A stretch of DNA of 64,000 nt from Eledone cirrhosa. Taxonomy: Eukaryota. Below, piece after piece: positions 12,845-27,100 of this stretch. Within the stretch, counting starts at the first letter, position 1. Each line of letters opens with the position of its first letter. A program made the position numbers and the translations under genes. Below the pieces are notes generated by a model that saw only the letters and a program-made list of their open reading frames with translations, was not told where the DNA came from and made no database searches. The DNA lies in NCBI GenBank assembly GCA_964016885.1, contig OZ024740.1:392708001-392772000 (forward strand). Direction: 5' to 3'.

Positions 12845-13495
12845 TATATATAGCTATTTCAGAGCGCCAATTCTAATTTTCAATTTCTGCTTGACCGGCA
12901 ACCGCTCTGTATAATCAGTTCCTGATTATTACTAGAAATTCTATAAGAATCAAACGTTCATGATTTTCAGCAAACAGGTGGAGTACTTGGCTTTGATAAG
13001 TACCAATCAGTACGAAACATAGCTCTGTCAGCTTTATCTCCCCTGTTTGCTGAAAATATAAAGTAAGTGAGACTGTCACTACTCTAAAACAATAGCATAA
13101 GGTCTTCGAAATGCTTTTAATTAAGCATACAGTGTATTGCAAAATACACTATATATACATTTATATATAGCTATTTCAGAGCGCCAATTCTAATTTTCAA
13201 TTTCTGCTTGACCGGCAACCGCTCTGTATAATCAGTTCCTGATTATTACTAGAAATTCTATAAGAATCAAACATTCATGATTTTCAGCCAACAGGTGGAG
13301 TACTTGGCTTTGATAAGTACCAATCAGTACGAAACATAGCTCTGTCAGCTTTATCACCCCTGTTTGCTGAAAATTTAAAGTAAGTGAGACTGTCACTACT
13401 CTAAAACAATAGCATAAGGTCTTCGAAATGCTTTTAATTAAGCATACAGTGTATTACAAAATACACTATATATACATTCATATATATATATATAT
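12845..13495 (+). repeat. Head-to-tail dimer of a 317-bp unit, each with a U3-A8 hammerhead (retrozyme-like)
   Basis: 'tagctatttc' starts at 12851 and 13168. The two units are near-identical and non-coding. Confidence 0.9.
12990..13032 (+). ncRNA. Type I hammerhead ribozyme with U3-A8 core (second copy 13307-13349)
   Basis: gct-TTGATAA-gtac caatca gtac-GAAAC a tagctc t GTC-agc, enclosed by the long stem ttttcagcaaacagg / cctgtttgctgaaaa (12964-13056). Confidence 0.8.
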
Positions 13496-13554
13496 AGTTT
13501 TGCGAGGTTTTCGATATGAAATCGTGTGTCGAAACAAATATTGTTATACTATAT

Positions 13555-14015
13555 TAAGAAAACCCACTGTACCAATAGGAAATGTATCATATGTAAAGTT
13601 AACCCCGGATAAAATGTAAAGCTAGAAACGTAGTCTATAGCATAAGATGTACAGAGGGTACTTGAGGAAACATGACAACAACATACATAGGCGAGACAGC
13701 TCGTAGCATAGGTGAGAGGATAGACCAACACTGGAGGGAACTAAAAGGACGAAAAAACGGTTCAGTACTATACGAACATGCCAGACAACAACACGACGGT
13801 AACATAGACAACATAGAAATTAGAATAATATCTAAACATAGAAATGACCCAGCAGATAGGCAAATCAGAGAGGCCAGCGAAATAGAACTTAGAAGGCCAA
13901 GGCTAAACAGAAAAAATGAATGGAATAACAACAACACCCAAACAAACAACACTGACCTAAGAGAAGTATAAATAAATAATATATACTTATATACTTAGGA
14001 GACGAAGCAAATTGA
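13555..14015 (+). mobile_element. Penelope-like element 3' fragment (GIY-YIG endonuclease C-terminus)
   Basis: NVVYSIRC...TYIGETARSIGERIDQH...REA.EI...P.LN, nearly identical to the 55758-56312 ORF. Confidence 0.88.
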
Positions 14016-14383
14016 ATAAAACAGACATAACTTCGTCCGTTTCCCCACTCACTCGATGAACAACTAATTTCATATTAAAATGGCAACAGGGATAATCCCC
14101 GTCGTCATCGGTTATCGAAATGGATGTACGCAATTTCGACTTATACTGACGATACTGCTAGTCCATCTCTGGTGACAGTGTTTGACAAAGTAGTGGAACA
14201 CTGTCCCTGGAGCTTTACGACGAAAACAAAACAAAACTTATGTGTATAGAATTAGTTGAACGGCATTTAAGCCGAACAATACCTGATGAAAAGTACCAGT
14301 TAAACCTGAAGCGGTGAACATGCATAGAAAGTGTCGTCACTTTGTATTCATACATACACACACATTATCATACATATATGTAT

Positions 14384-14435
<52 letters not shown>

Positions 14436-14496
14436 TGTTATGCTTTGGGAAGGTCATGTTGCCAATAAAGAATCTTGCTAAACAAATTCAGAAACG

Positions 14497-14530
<34 letters not shown>

Positions 14531-14538
<8 letters not shown>

Positions 14539-15173
14539 AATAACAAAGAACGCTTATAGCATATGCATATCTTTACTTGCTAACATTGTTTCATCCGCAC
14601 TATAAGTGGGACTCATCAGAGCATAAAGGTTAATTACATACCATACAAGCAATAACAAATCCAAGACATTGAAGAATGAAAGGTAATAATAGACGATAAA
14701 GGATAAGAATAAAAATAAAAGTAAAAATAAAAATAAGGGGTGCTATCAGTCACAGTTGGGCGGGGTGCTGTCAACATATAGTTACATACAAGCATACACA
14801 TGGATAAGAGAACAGACAAGAGTAGACACATGGATAAGAGAACAGACAAGAGTAGATAAGATAGATGGGATTAGGTAAGAGTAGGTAAAAAATAGGTAAA
14901 AAATAGGTGAAAAACAGACTTATAATATATATAAATAAGAAAATATAAAGAAATACAAAGAAATACATAACAAACTTACATATAAAATATAGGGTAAGGA
15001 ATGAGATAAAATAATATAAAATTAAAATTAAAAATTATATACATAGAACATAATATAATATAATCGTAAAATAAGATAAAATAAGGTAAACTAAAATCAA
15101 ATAACATAGACTAAATTAAAATAATATAATATAAGATATAATTAAATGTATAATTAAATGTAATTAAATGTAA

Positions 15174-15213
<40 letters not shown>

Positions 15214-15985
15214 AAAAATAAATAAAAAATAATTAAAAATTAAATAAATAAATAAAATTTTTTTTATTTATTTATTTAATTTTTAATTATTTTTTATTTA
15301 TTTTTTTATTTATTTATTTATTTTATTTATTTATTTATTTAATTACATTTAATTACATTTAATTATACATTTAATTATATCTTATATTATATTATTTTAA
15401 TTTAGTCTATGTTATTTGATTTTAGTTTACCTTATTTTATCTTATTTTACGATTATATTATATTATGTTCTATGTATATAATTTTTAATTTTAATTTTAT
15501 ATTATTTTATCTCATTCCTTACCCTATATTTTATATGTAAGTTTGTTATGTATTTCTTTGTATTTCTTTATATTTTCTTATTTATATATATTATAAGTCT
15601 GTTTTTCACCTATTTTTTACCTATTTTTTACCTACTCTTACCTAATCCCATCTATCTTATCTACTCTTGTCTGTTCTCTTATCCATGTGTCTACTCTTGT
15701 CTGTTCTCTTATCCATGTGTATGCTTGTATGTAACTATATGTTGACAGCACCCCGCCCAACTGTGACTGATAGCACCCCTTATTTTTATTTTTACTTTTA
15801 TTTTTATTCTTATCCTTTATCGTCTATTATTACCTTTCATTCTTCAATGTCTTGGATTTGTTATTGCTTGTATGGTATGTAATTAACCTTTATGCTCTGA
15901 TGAGTCCCACTTATAGTGCGGATGAAACAATGTTAGCAAGTAAAGATATGCATATGCTATAAGCGTTCTTTGTTATTTATTATAT
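14531..15985. repeat. Near-perfect 1.45-kb palindrome with a hammerhead near each outer end
   Basis: Mirror ORFs 14634..14849 and 15667..15882 (sum 30516). Centre about 15258 in an A/T tract. Confidence 0.95.
15893..15938 (+). ncRNA. Minimal type I hammerhead ribozyme (mirror copy 14578-14623, minus)
   Basis: tgct-CTGATGA-gtcc cacttatagtgc ggat-GAAAC aat GTT-agca. Confidence 0.8.
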
Positions 15986-16075
15986 TACGGCTCTGTCCTC
16001 AGACATTGAGCTAACCTCATACTGCCTGTTGGATAAGTGGAGTGTTATACACCCCTGATCCTTTCCCTAGCATAC

Positions 16076-16144
<69 letters not shown>

Positions 16145-16145
16145 T

Positions 16146-16181
<36 letters not shown>

Positions 16182-16190
16182 GTATATATG

Positions 16191-16277
<87 letters not shown>

Positions 16278-16436
16278 TTAGTTATACTATTTATGGTTAT
16301 GTAAACACAAGACCTTAAGCAGTTGTAAGTATTTTACACACACCCTAAATAGTGGTAGGCAGTATTGTATTACTACCTTATTACCAGTAAGTTAAGTAGC
16401 TCAATGTAAAAGCATCAGATGATTTACAGAGCAGTT

Positions 16437-16790
16437 ATATGAAATATAAGAATCAAAGAACTGTTCAAAACATTATTGTGCTTACAGCTGTTTCCTCCAA
16501 ATCGAGGTTTGGATTCTTCGGAGCAATTTATTAATGCATGGACAGTTATATGACCTCCCTTTCAGCCGAGAGACATACCAATACATATTCAAACATTGAT
16601 ACATATTCAAACATTGTGGGTCAATGTTTGAATATGTATCAATGTTTGAATATGTATTGGTATGTCTCTCGGCTGAAAGGGAGGTCATATAACTGTCCAT
16701 GCATTAATAAATTGCTCCGAAGAATCCAAACCTCGGTTTGGAGGAAACAGCTGTAAGCACAATAATGTTTTGAACAGTTCTTTGATTCTT

Positions 16791-16801
<11 letters not shown>
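16437..16801. repeat. 365-bp palindrome carrying hammerhead motifs
   Basis: Mirror ORFs 16482..16700 and 16538..16756. Centre about 16619. The right side abuts (TA)n. Confidence 0.95.
16713..16759 (+). ncRNA. Minimal type I hammerhead, CCGAAGA core, self-complementary stem III (mirror 16479-16525, minus)
   Basis: tgct-CCGAAGA-a tccaaacc tc ggtttgga g-GAAAC agct GTA-agca. Confidence 0.7.
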
Positions 16802-16855
<54 letters not shown>

Positions 16856-16858
16856 ATT

Positions 16859-17013
<155 letters not shown>

Positions 17014-17016
17014 ATT

Positions 17017-17104
<88 letters not shown>

Positions 17105-17116
17105 CATATATGTATA

Positions 17117-17204
17117 ATTTGCTTCGTCTCCTAAGTATATAAGTATATATTATTTATTTATACTTCTCTTAGGTCAGTGTTGTTTGTTTGGGTGTTGTTA
17201 TTCC
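17117..17204 (-). mobile_element. Inverted copy of the PLE ORF end/3' UTR found at 13922-14013
   Basis: Reverse complement of 'ggaataac..aacacccaaacaaacaacactgacctaagagaagta...ggagacgaagcaaat'. Confidence 0.8.
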
Positions 17205-17386
17205 TTCATTCTACACATCTCACACATCTTATACACACCACGCATCTCAACGTACACCCACTTACATCTCTCTCTCCACCACCGGACCTTGTAACCCGGA
17301 GATTTACCCATTTGCATTGTCGAGGCTTCCAAACGACTTAAAGATATTTACTTATTGTTCCACAATGCTTCAAGCAAACTTCAATA

Positions 17387-17425
<39 letters not shown>

Positions 17426-17474
17426 AAAATTAAAAAAACAAAAACAATAACAGAGTGCAGTTACGAACAGTGTT

Positions 17475-18373
<899 letters not shown>

Positions 18374-19028
18374 TCTGTGTGTATATATGTGTATATATAT
18401 ATTATGTATACATATATGCATATGCATATATGCATATATTATACACACACATATGTATGTGTGTGTGTGTATGTATGTACATACTTATATACACGTACAC
18501 ATGTGCATACATGCACACACATACATATTCTCACATCCATCCATCCACACATCCATACATACATACATACATACTTTAATTGAGATACACCCATAGGCGC
18601 ATTTGCCAGAAACTGACTATACTGTCTTCAGCAGGTGTTTGCCATTCATATTCCCATATGTTTCTCTTTGTACCCGTATATCGGCGAATAGTTTTTTAAT
18701 GAATTACTCACTGGAGGAGAAGCAAATGTAATCATTATTCAAAGAACTCCAAGTTTAGTGAGATGGATTCACTTGTATTTTTTGGAACATTCATATGCAC
18801 ACACATTCATACATATACATACATTTTTGCATGCATATATACACACACATCATACATATACACATAGATGGTGTGGTAGAAGTGATAGTAGTAGCAATAA
18901 CAACAGCCAGTGTAGCTGTTACTAGATGGTGTGACCAACAAAACAAGGAATTGTTTCTTTGTAGATGGCCACACAGGACTGAAGGACAAAAAAAAAATCA
19001 CTTCTGACCATCTAATACTTCCTCTCCC

Positions 19029-19061
<33 letters not shown>

Positions 19062-19979
19062 CACATTTATATATCCATATATAGTGAGATGGATTCACTT
19101 GTATTTTTTGGAATATTCTTAGATAGATATTCAGTTTGAACGTCTATCTCCCTTCTTATTCTAATTGGAAGGAAATTCAGAGACCTTTTATTATGAAAGA
19201 ACAGAGGTTATGATGTTCTTGTAGGGGTTCCAAGATTGTTGAGAAGGAGAGAAAGGAAGGAATTTTGTTTAGATTATATGCCTATTTCTATTGTTTAGAT
19301 TATATGCCTATTTCTAATGTTTTCAACGCTGTTCCGGCTTTGATAAAGGCACCCACGGATCAGAAGTGAATATGAATTGATAGATGAAGCACCGAAAGAA
19401 AGAGAACCATGAGTGGAGAGTAAGGTTAGGTGAAGGGGTAACACAGATTCAGTATGCAGTTAAGACAAGCAGATTGAGTTGTGGCATTGGGAAATGGGAC
19501 AGAGAATTGATAAGCGCATCTATCTGTGAGCTAGTGACTGAAGTCTGTTGGATGAGTGGATCTATGTCAATAAGTCATATTGTCTTCTTTGAATACGGAC
19601 TAAAATGTTTGTGCGCTTAGTACTTTAAATAGAGGGATTTCTCGGACTGGAGAGAAAAATCCAGAATAAAGGTTTAACAGTATTTCATGAGAAATTATCA
19701 AATTGTGATATTCTTGATTATTTTAGACATTTTAATTACCTTAATTGCGTGTTGTTCTTCTGGACCTTAATTCTGTTTAATGAGCCAAAGTCCCCATGTC
19801 CCCATTTTAGGTTATTTATTAGGTTGCTGTTCATGGATGCATTGCATGTCTGGCGCCATGCATGTTGATAATGCCTATCTATGGAAGATTAAGTAGGAGT
19901 GGAGTTTGATATCATCCCCACAGAAATGTGTATTGCTAGAAGACAATGGAAAGCTCATTATTGTACAGAAAGATTTGAG

Positions 19980-20172
19980 GGGCGGTGGATTGGCAGTATT
20001 GGTAGAGGGTCGGACACCATGCTTTGACGCATAGAGTTACGGCCCTTGCCACTCTGATTTTAAATCCCACCGAGGTTAACTTTGCCTTTCATCCTTACGG
20101 GGTCGATAAAATAAAGTACCAGTAATGTACTGGGTAATAGCTGGCCTTGTGCCAAAAGTAGAAACAATTATT
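19980..20172 (+). mobile_element. tRNA-derived SINE
   Basis: Same family as 9.2-9.9 kb. 'attattgtacagaaagat' appears on both sides, TSD-like. Confidence 0.85.
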
Positions 20173-20980
20173 GTACAGAAAGATACTTACTAGTTTCCAA
20201 TAGATCTGGCCGTGTGGAAACCGTAATGTTGATCAATAAAGAAAATGAAACATTCAATCACCTTTGATGTGTTGGACTTGAGAACGATTAGTTGATAATA
20301 AGTGGAATCAGATAGGTTGTAATTGTTGGGGACACATTGTAACAGGTTTCCATAGATTGGGGTATATCGCTAGAGAATAATTTGATGAGATAGGATCTAG
20401 CTCTAGAGCGGTACTGTCTGTTGAGAATACCGGCATTGGGTACCTTGTTGAATTTAAACGATCGAAAAGTTATTTTTCTAGCCTCAAATAAGCTCAAATA
20501 ATGCATACCTATGTTCAAAGGCATTCCAAATATGGTCATGCCAGCCATTGTGAATTAATATGACTACACCACCCAATGTGTCATTCATTTTATGACAGTA
20601 GGATGTGACTTAAGGGAGAGTTGACTGTTATTTCTAACAGATTTAGCGATCGTATAGAGACTCCTTCGTTTGGTCTGTGTTGTAGAAGTTCCCGTGCTGA
20701 CTTGTAAGAAGCTCACTTTCACCGTGAGCTGTCTAATATTCATATCAATGAAAACAGCCTTCCACACTCAGGGTGTTTTGTGATGAGTGATAGTACTGAA
20801 AGGGGTCGAGCCGATGTAACTATTAACTCCTGAAGTTCTCACACGATAACTGAGTGCATGTAGTGGTGAGACTATTGTAATAGAAAAGGAGAGTTTCAGA
20901 GGAGTTTTTATGTGTATGTGTGTGTATGTATGTGTGTATGTATGTATGGGTGTGTATATAAATGTATGTATGTGTATGTA

Positions 20981-21167
20981 TGTTATCTCTTTCTCTTAAT
21001 TTCGAGTATATTTTTTTGACCGGCCACCTTCCTGGTGGCAAGGTTGTAAAAGAAAAGAAATTGTCATCCCTTGAATCGCAAGAATGTTTTGCAAATTTTG
21101 AAGGTGCCAGCTATCGCAGCCATTTGTAGACTATGAATTAGGGAGCTTGCGTTCTTTGTCCGCAAAT
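20981..21167 (-). mobile_element. Short 3' fragment of the R4/Dong-like element
   Basis: Reverse complement of about 1490-1678. Embedded in (TATG)n. Confidence 0.85.
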
Positions 21168-21239
21168 GTATCTATGTGTGTGTGTATGTATGTATGTATG
21201 TATGTATGTATGTATGTATGTATGTATGTATGTATGTAT

Positions 21240-21715
21240 GTATGGGAAAATATTGCTGCTGATCGTAATAAATGGAGAAAGACTGTATATGAGGGAAAAG
21301 TTGCCTTTGAGGCATCTCGAATCGCATACGAGAAAGTAAAGCGGGATGTGAGGAAGGGCATTGCTGTTGCACTTCCAGACGGCGAGGGTCCTCCTATGGT
21401 GCTGACATGCAGCGTATGTGCGAGACTCTGCCTAAGCAAAGCTGGACTCGAAAGTCATCTTCGCAGTCATAAAGTAAGACCAGTGGTTGACTACCAGTCT
21501 GCTGTTGGAGATGCTACTCATCATGCTTGCCAAACATGTGGTAGAGAATGTAAATCAGCAGGAGGGCTCAAGCGACATGCAGAAGTACACGAACTCCAAC
21601 CACAGCCGGCTATTCCCAGTGAATGTTTTGGTTGCCGACTCTGTGCAAGACATTTTAGATCATTGGCTGGGCTAAAAAGCCACATTCGATCGCAGCGCTG
21701 TTAGTTGCTATCGTG
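21240..21715 (+). mobile_element. RTE-like LINE 3' fragment with three C2H2-type zinc fingers; 3' UTR resumes at 27880-27921
   Basis: [12 protein letters not shown] (RTE C-terminal motif), then CSVCARLCLSKAGLESHLRSH, CQTCGRECKSAGGLKRHAEVH and CRLCARHFRSLAGLKSHIRS. Confidence 0.75.
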
Positions 21716-21876
21716 TGTGTGTGTGTGTGTGTAGATATGCTTATGTGTGTGCGTGTGTGTGTATATATATATGTATATGTATATTATTATTGTTGTTGTC
21801 GTTATTATTATTGTTGTTATGATTATTATTATTATTATTGTTATTAATGTATGTGTGTGTGTATATGTGTGTGTGA

Positions 21877-21950
<74 letters not shown>

Positions 21951-21976
21951 CTTTTTTTTAAATTTTTTTTATGTTC

Positions 21977-22014
<38 letters not shown>

Positions 22015-22225
22015 GACGAAAGTGGATGTACGTTTTTTGAAGCTCCGTGAGTAAGCAATTTTTTGAGGATTAATTGTGGAGAATTGTTTATTTTTTTGTA
22101 CCGCTGAAGCATTATAAGACATTCATTTGTATCCTGTGAAGGAATAACTCATAATATTTGGGCCTTTTGGCCCAAATATTTGAACTTTATTTTGGAAAAA
22201 TAATAATTTTTTTTCTCAAAAAAAC

Positions 22226-24131
22226 ATGGCGGAGCCACGCCCCCTAGAGGCGGGTCTGCTGTCGTGCAACGGCGACTTGAGCGTTGAGAGGAGAGGTGGG
22301 GCGAGGAGCGCCACCAGCACGAGTGTGAGCAGCGACAGTGCCAGCACCAACGGGCCGAGCGGCGTGGAAGGTGGTAACAGCGACAACACCAACACCAACA
22401 AGCCGAACAGCGCAGAAGGTGGTAATAGCGAGAGCACCAACAAAACGAACATCACAGAGAGTAATAGTAGCGACAGCAGCAGCACCAACAAGGCCAACAG
22501 CACAGAGGGTAACCACGACACAGGGGAGAACAACAACAGCAATAGCAGCAGCAACACCAACAAGAACAACAACAGTGACAACACCAACAAGAACACCTTC
22601 GCTGCTGTGGCAGCGGCTAAAAGGAGACCATGCTACAGCATCGACTTAACCAACAGAGAGGAAAAGTTGGCCCAGGCCTGGAAAATCATAAATCAAGAGC
22701 AGACCTGGGCAAACTTAACTGTCCCGGCAGAAGCCATTGAGGCAGTGGAAAAAAGAACGGTGCATTTCAGATGCATCTCAGTAGAGACAAAGAGGGCAGC
22801 GATAATCGCCCAAGCTGATATAGAGGCCGCACTGAAATACATCAGAGAGGACACAGACTTCATAGAGAGGGGCAGGCAATACGGCACCGTTTCGGTGCTG
22901 TTCAAGTCCGAAGCCCTCGCTGTGAAGCATTCAATGACCCCTTGCAAAACCAGCAAGGTCATAATGTACCCCTCCCACATGGGAAAACGAATAGCACGTG
23001 TGCGCATTCCCAGGATTCCACCAGGACTTGATATGTGGTGGCTCCTGGGTTGCGTAATCGTGGAAGGAACGGATACAGTCCCGGTAGAGGCAACGAGAAC
23101 TGCCAGGGACGACTGGTCCGGGGTTGATCTGGAGATACTGCTCCAAATCAGACCCGAAAACGTAAAAGCAATCCCGGACCACATCCGCCTCCAAAACGGG
23201 AGGGTGTTGCATATAATGACTGAGGGCAAAAGGCCGCATTGTTTCCTTTGTGGGGAAACGACACACTTGCGAGCCTTCTGCCCTCAACTGCCGAAAAGCG
23301 CAAGGGGTCGAAAGATTCCACTGCTGGCGACGCCGGGACAAGGACCACCAGCAACACCGTCAACAATGGAACCACCAAAATTGCACACCCAGGGGGGAAA
23401 CGAGGAAAGCTCTCCCATCCCCCCCCCAAAATACACACACGAACAAGAACATAAACACTCACTCAGACACAAACACGCTCACAGCCACAGACCCCTCATC
23501 CTCCAGCAGTGAAGATGAGGGAAAACCAAATTCCCCAAAATACAAAAAACAAAACACAAAAAAAAAAGAAATCCACAAAGCACAAACACCCCCACAAAAA
23601 AAAAATACACACACCACCCATACAAACATTTTCCCCACAGCATCACCAACACAACCACCAAAATCCCCCAAACGCAAACAAGCTAAACAGACACAAGAAC
23701 AAATAGACACACAAACATCAGAAACTACAGACACCCCACCCACAACAAACGCAGACACAATAGAAACAACACTAACAAAGCTATCACCACCACAATCACA
23801 CGAACAAATAAAACCCGAGCAACAAAACATTAAAAACTTCGTGCTTGCCAGAAGGGCCAACAAGGAATTGATGGCCCATGTAGCACGAAGCACAAACATC
23901 GAAAAAGAGGGGGAAACATTTGAAGCGAGCACATTTCGCGTACCAGATAATTTGCTTCTGATGCGAATGTCGCTCGCTTCATACAAAGAAATTCGAAAGA
24001 GCTTTCCTCGGGATGTGGGAACCCCGAACGTAAAACCCACTTCAAGACTATTAAAGGGGTTCCCAAAAGAAACCCCACAAACCATGGAGGTCGAACCACC
24101 CGACCTTCACAAGACCCCGGAAGGTAAGTAA
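22226..24131 (+). CDS. LINE ORF1 (gag-like, CCHC knuckle); frameshift near the 23420 C-run
   Basis: CFLCGETTHLRAFC knuckle, with low-complexity N/S and T/P/K regions. Continues in the 23250..24131 frame. Confidence 0.8.
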
Positions 24132-24160
24132 ACCTTTCCTCTCCCATTCATCCTGCCAGC

Positions 24161-27100
24161 ATGGCCATAAGAGTAGGAAGTTTAAATGTTCGTGGCCTGG
24201 GGTCGCCCTGGAAGCAAGGTCACTTGCTCAACGACCTCAGGTCACTAGGAATGGATGTAATTGCCATCAGCGAGACCAGAATTTCCGACACACGCGCACT
24301 GGCGCCGATTTTCGACGATTATCAGATCTTTGCATCTGTTAGTCGGCCGGGAATGGGAGGTGGAGTGGCTGTGCTGTTTAGGAAATGTCTGGATCTCGAG
24401 GTAAGGTCAATCTTCCGGGATCCTGACGGAAAGTTGGTGGTCCTGGACGTGAGCAATAGCGAAGGTGGTGCCTTTAGACTGGTGGCCGTCTACGCCCCTA
24501 CTGGGGCCGGTCGGCCGGACTTCTTTAGGCGCCTGGAAAACTTTCTGCTTACGTCTCGCCCTTTACTGTTAATAGGGGATTGGAATGGCATCTTAGAAGC
24601 ACGCTGGGATTGTGTGGGAGTATCTGATAGGAGCGGGGGGTGCAAAAGCCTCAAGTACCTGATCAGCCAGTTTCAACTGTCTGACAGATACCGACTAGAT
24701 TTCCCTAATGCGCCAGTATGGACCTGGACCAATCGCATAGGGTCATCTAGATCGTACATAGATAGGATTTTCATTAGGAAAAGAGATAGAAATAGTGTAG
24801 GATGTCCACATTTTAAAACGGTTGCCTATTCAGATCACAAGCTTGTGATCTGTATGGTCGACCTAGATAAAACACGTAGGTTAGGACCTAGCTACTGGAA
24901 GCTAAACATGTCGTTTCCGGCACGTAAAGCTTACAGGGACCGGGTCAACAACTTAGTTAAGCAAAAGTTGACAGGGGGGGGGGGTTGTCAACAACAGGTG
25001 GTGGGGGGCTCTCAAAAGAGAGATTAGAGCAACCTCGATAGGATTTAGCAAAGAAGTAGCAATAGAGAAAAATAGAAAGGAGGAGGGGCTGATAGCTAAG
25101 TTAGACGAGGCTATTTGTAGTGGCATTGCAACAGACGTGCTAGCGGCGAGAATGGCACTAGACCATTTCTTCAATGCGAAACACGAAGGTTGCATTGTCA
25201 GAGCTAAGGCGCGTGCTCTGAGGAACGAGGGAACCAAAGCTGCCCGATGGGCTCGCTTTGCAGAGACGCAGCGTGGAAATAAAACCACAATTCGGTCTTT
25301 GACGGATCGAGATGGACACGAACTGAGCGATTCCAAGCAGATGTGTGAGGCCTTTCGCCAGCACTTTGCTCGATTGTTCGGGGGGATGGGTGAGTCGGAG
25401 ACGGCGGCGGACTTCAGTCCCTACCTCGACGGCTTGCCACGCCTCTCGACGGCCGACGCTGAGCGCTGCGAAGAGCCGATAACATCAGTCGAAATTCAGG
25501 ACGCCCTTGTCGGCTGCTCGAGTCGCAAGTCACCCGGTTTGGATGGTCTGCCCTACGAGCTTTACGTAAATATGCCAGACTTGTTCTCCGATCTCCTCGA
25601 AGCGCTCTACTGCAACTGGCAGCAGAACGGGAGCATTCCCAGTTCTGTGAGCCGTGGCGTAGTGACGCTGATAAGGAAAGACGAGAACAAGAGGGACACA
25701 CTAGATAATTTCAGGCCCATAACCCTGCTCAACACAGAGTTTAAGATTTTGGCCAAGGTGTTAGCGAAAAGGTTGGCGCTTGTCGTCAAAGATTTGGTTG
25801 GGGAGGCGCAAACTTGCGCAATCCCGACCAGGTCCATACACGACAACCTCCACCTCATGCGATACATCATAGAGAGGGTTGGGTGCAAACCTGGCTTCGG
25901 TGGGGCTCTGATCAATTTAGATCAATCGAAAGCATTCGATAGGGTCGACCATCGGTACTTGGAGGCTGTCCTCGAGGCGGCTGGCTTCGGCCCCGTCTTC
26001 AGAAGCTGGATCGCTGCAATGTACAGCGGCATCTGCTCGGTGGTCAAAGTTAATGGCCACCTCTCGGAACCGTTTCAGATCTCTCGATCGGTCCGTCAAG
26101 GGTGCCCTCTCTCCTCACTTCTGTACGTATTGACTCTTGAGCCTCTACTGCGGAAGCCGGAGTTGTTGCAGGGCATCCCGCTCGAACCGGGACGTAGAAA
26201 GGCTGCGTCCGCTTATGCGGACGACATCACCGTGATGGTGTCGGACACCTCGGAAATCGAGGTGATCCGCACCCATTTGGAGGAATATGAAAGGTTGACG
26301 GGAGCAAAACTTAACCCGGAAAAGTCGGTGGGCTTGCAGCTCGGCACCTGGAGAGGCAAGTCCATGCCGTCCAACAGCGTCGTTGGGCGCTGGACAGACG
26401 GACCGGTAAAGTTGCTCGGGGTTTGGTTCGGACCAGACCTCCAGGTGGATAAGAATTGGGACGAGGTGACGAGCAGGATAGCCAACCTCACCCAGAAATG
26501 GGCTGAGAGAAAGCTATCACTGAAAGGGCGGGCGGAGGTGGCGAACGCGTACATCGCGTCCGTCATCTACTACCGCCTGACCGTCGTGCCTTGCCCCCGT
26601 CCACGCCTCGCCAATTTGGAACGGCTCCTTTTCAAATTTTTGTGGAGGGGACGGGTCCCGTTGGTGAGGCGGTCCATCTGCTGCCAGCACCCTCTTCGTG
26701 GAGGGCTGGGCATGCCGTGGCTAATGATGCGCAGACATGCGCTGAGGCTGCGACATCTCCAGATATTTTGCCTAAACGGTGAACAGGTGTGGTCGCCGTT
26801 TGTTAGACGGGCCTTTCCGCAGCTCATCTCTTTGACTGAGCTGCAGTCCTGGGTCAAGAAGAGACCGAGACTGGGCGACTGGCATCTGGAATGTTGCCAG
26901 GCGCTCACTGCACTCTGCAAGGTGGGAAATGCGGTCAGTGCAACTTCCACTCAAGATTTCTATAGAGGATTAGTGGAGGGCAAGTACGATGACGTACTAG
27001 GAGAGGCTCTAGGCGTCAACGAAGTAGAACTGACCAGTATGTTCCGGAGGACTTTCGAGCCGGGGACGATGGATAACTTCCAGAAATCCCTCGCTTGGCA

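Noticed and set aside
13497-13550. GAAAC-aaatatt-GTTA half hammerhead
   Set aside because: The 5' core box and stem II are not convincing.
14531-15985. Palindromes as pure assembly artefacts
   Set aside because: Not fully excluded for the near-perfect ones. However, several others show arm-to-arm substitutions and spacers, all share one ribozyme polarity, and one flanks a real PLE ORF, which argues for a biological origin.
20775-20815. HHR-like GTGATGA...GAAA...GTC
   Set aside because: G3 cannot pair with G8 and stem III is absent, so chance cannot be excluded.
19140-20900. Unassigned, more complex sequence that might be old LINE remains or extra exons
   Set aside because: No recognisable motifs, and the GPCR reading frame is already complete between the exons ending at 4888 and starting at 37471.
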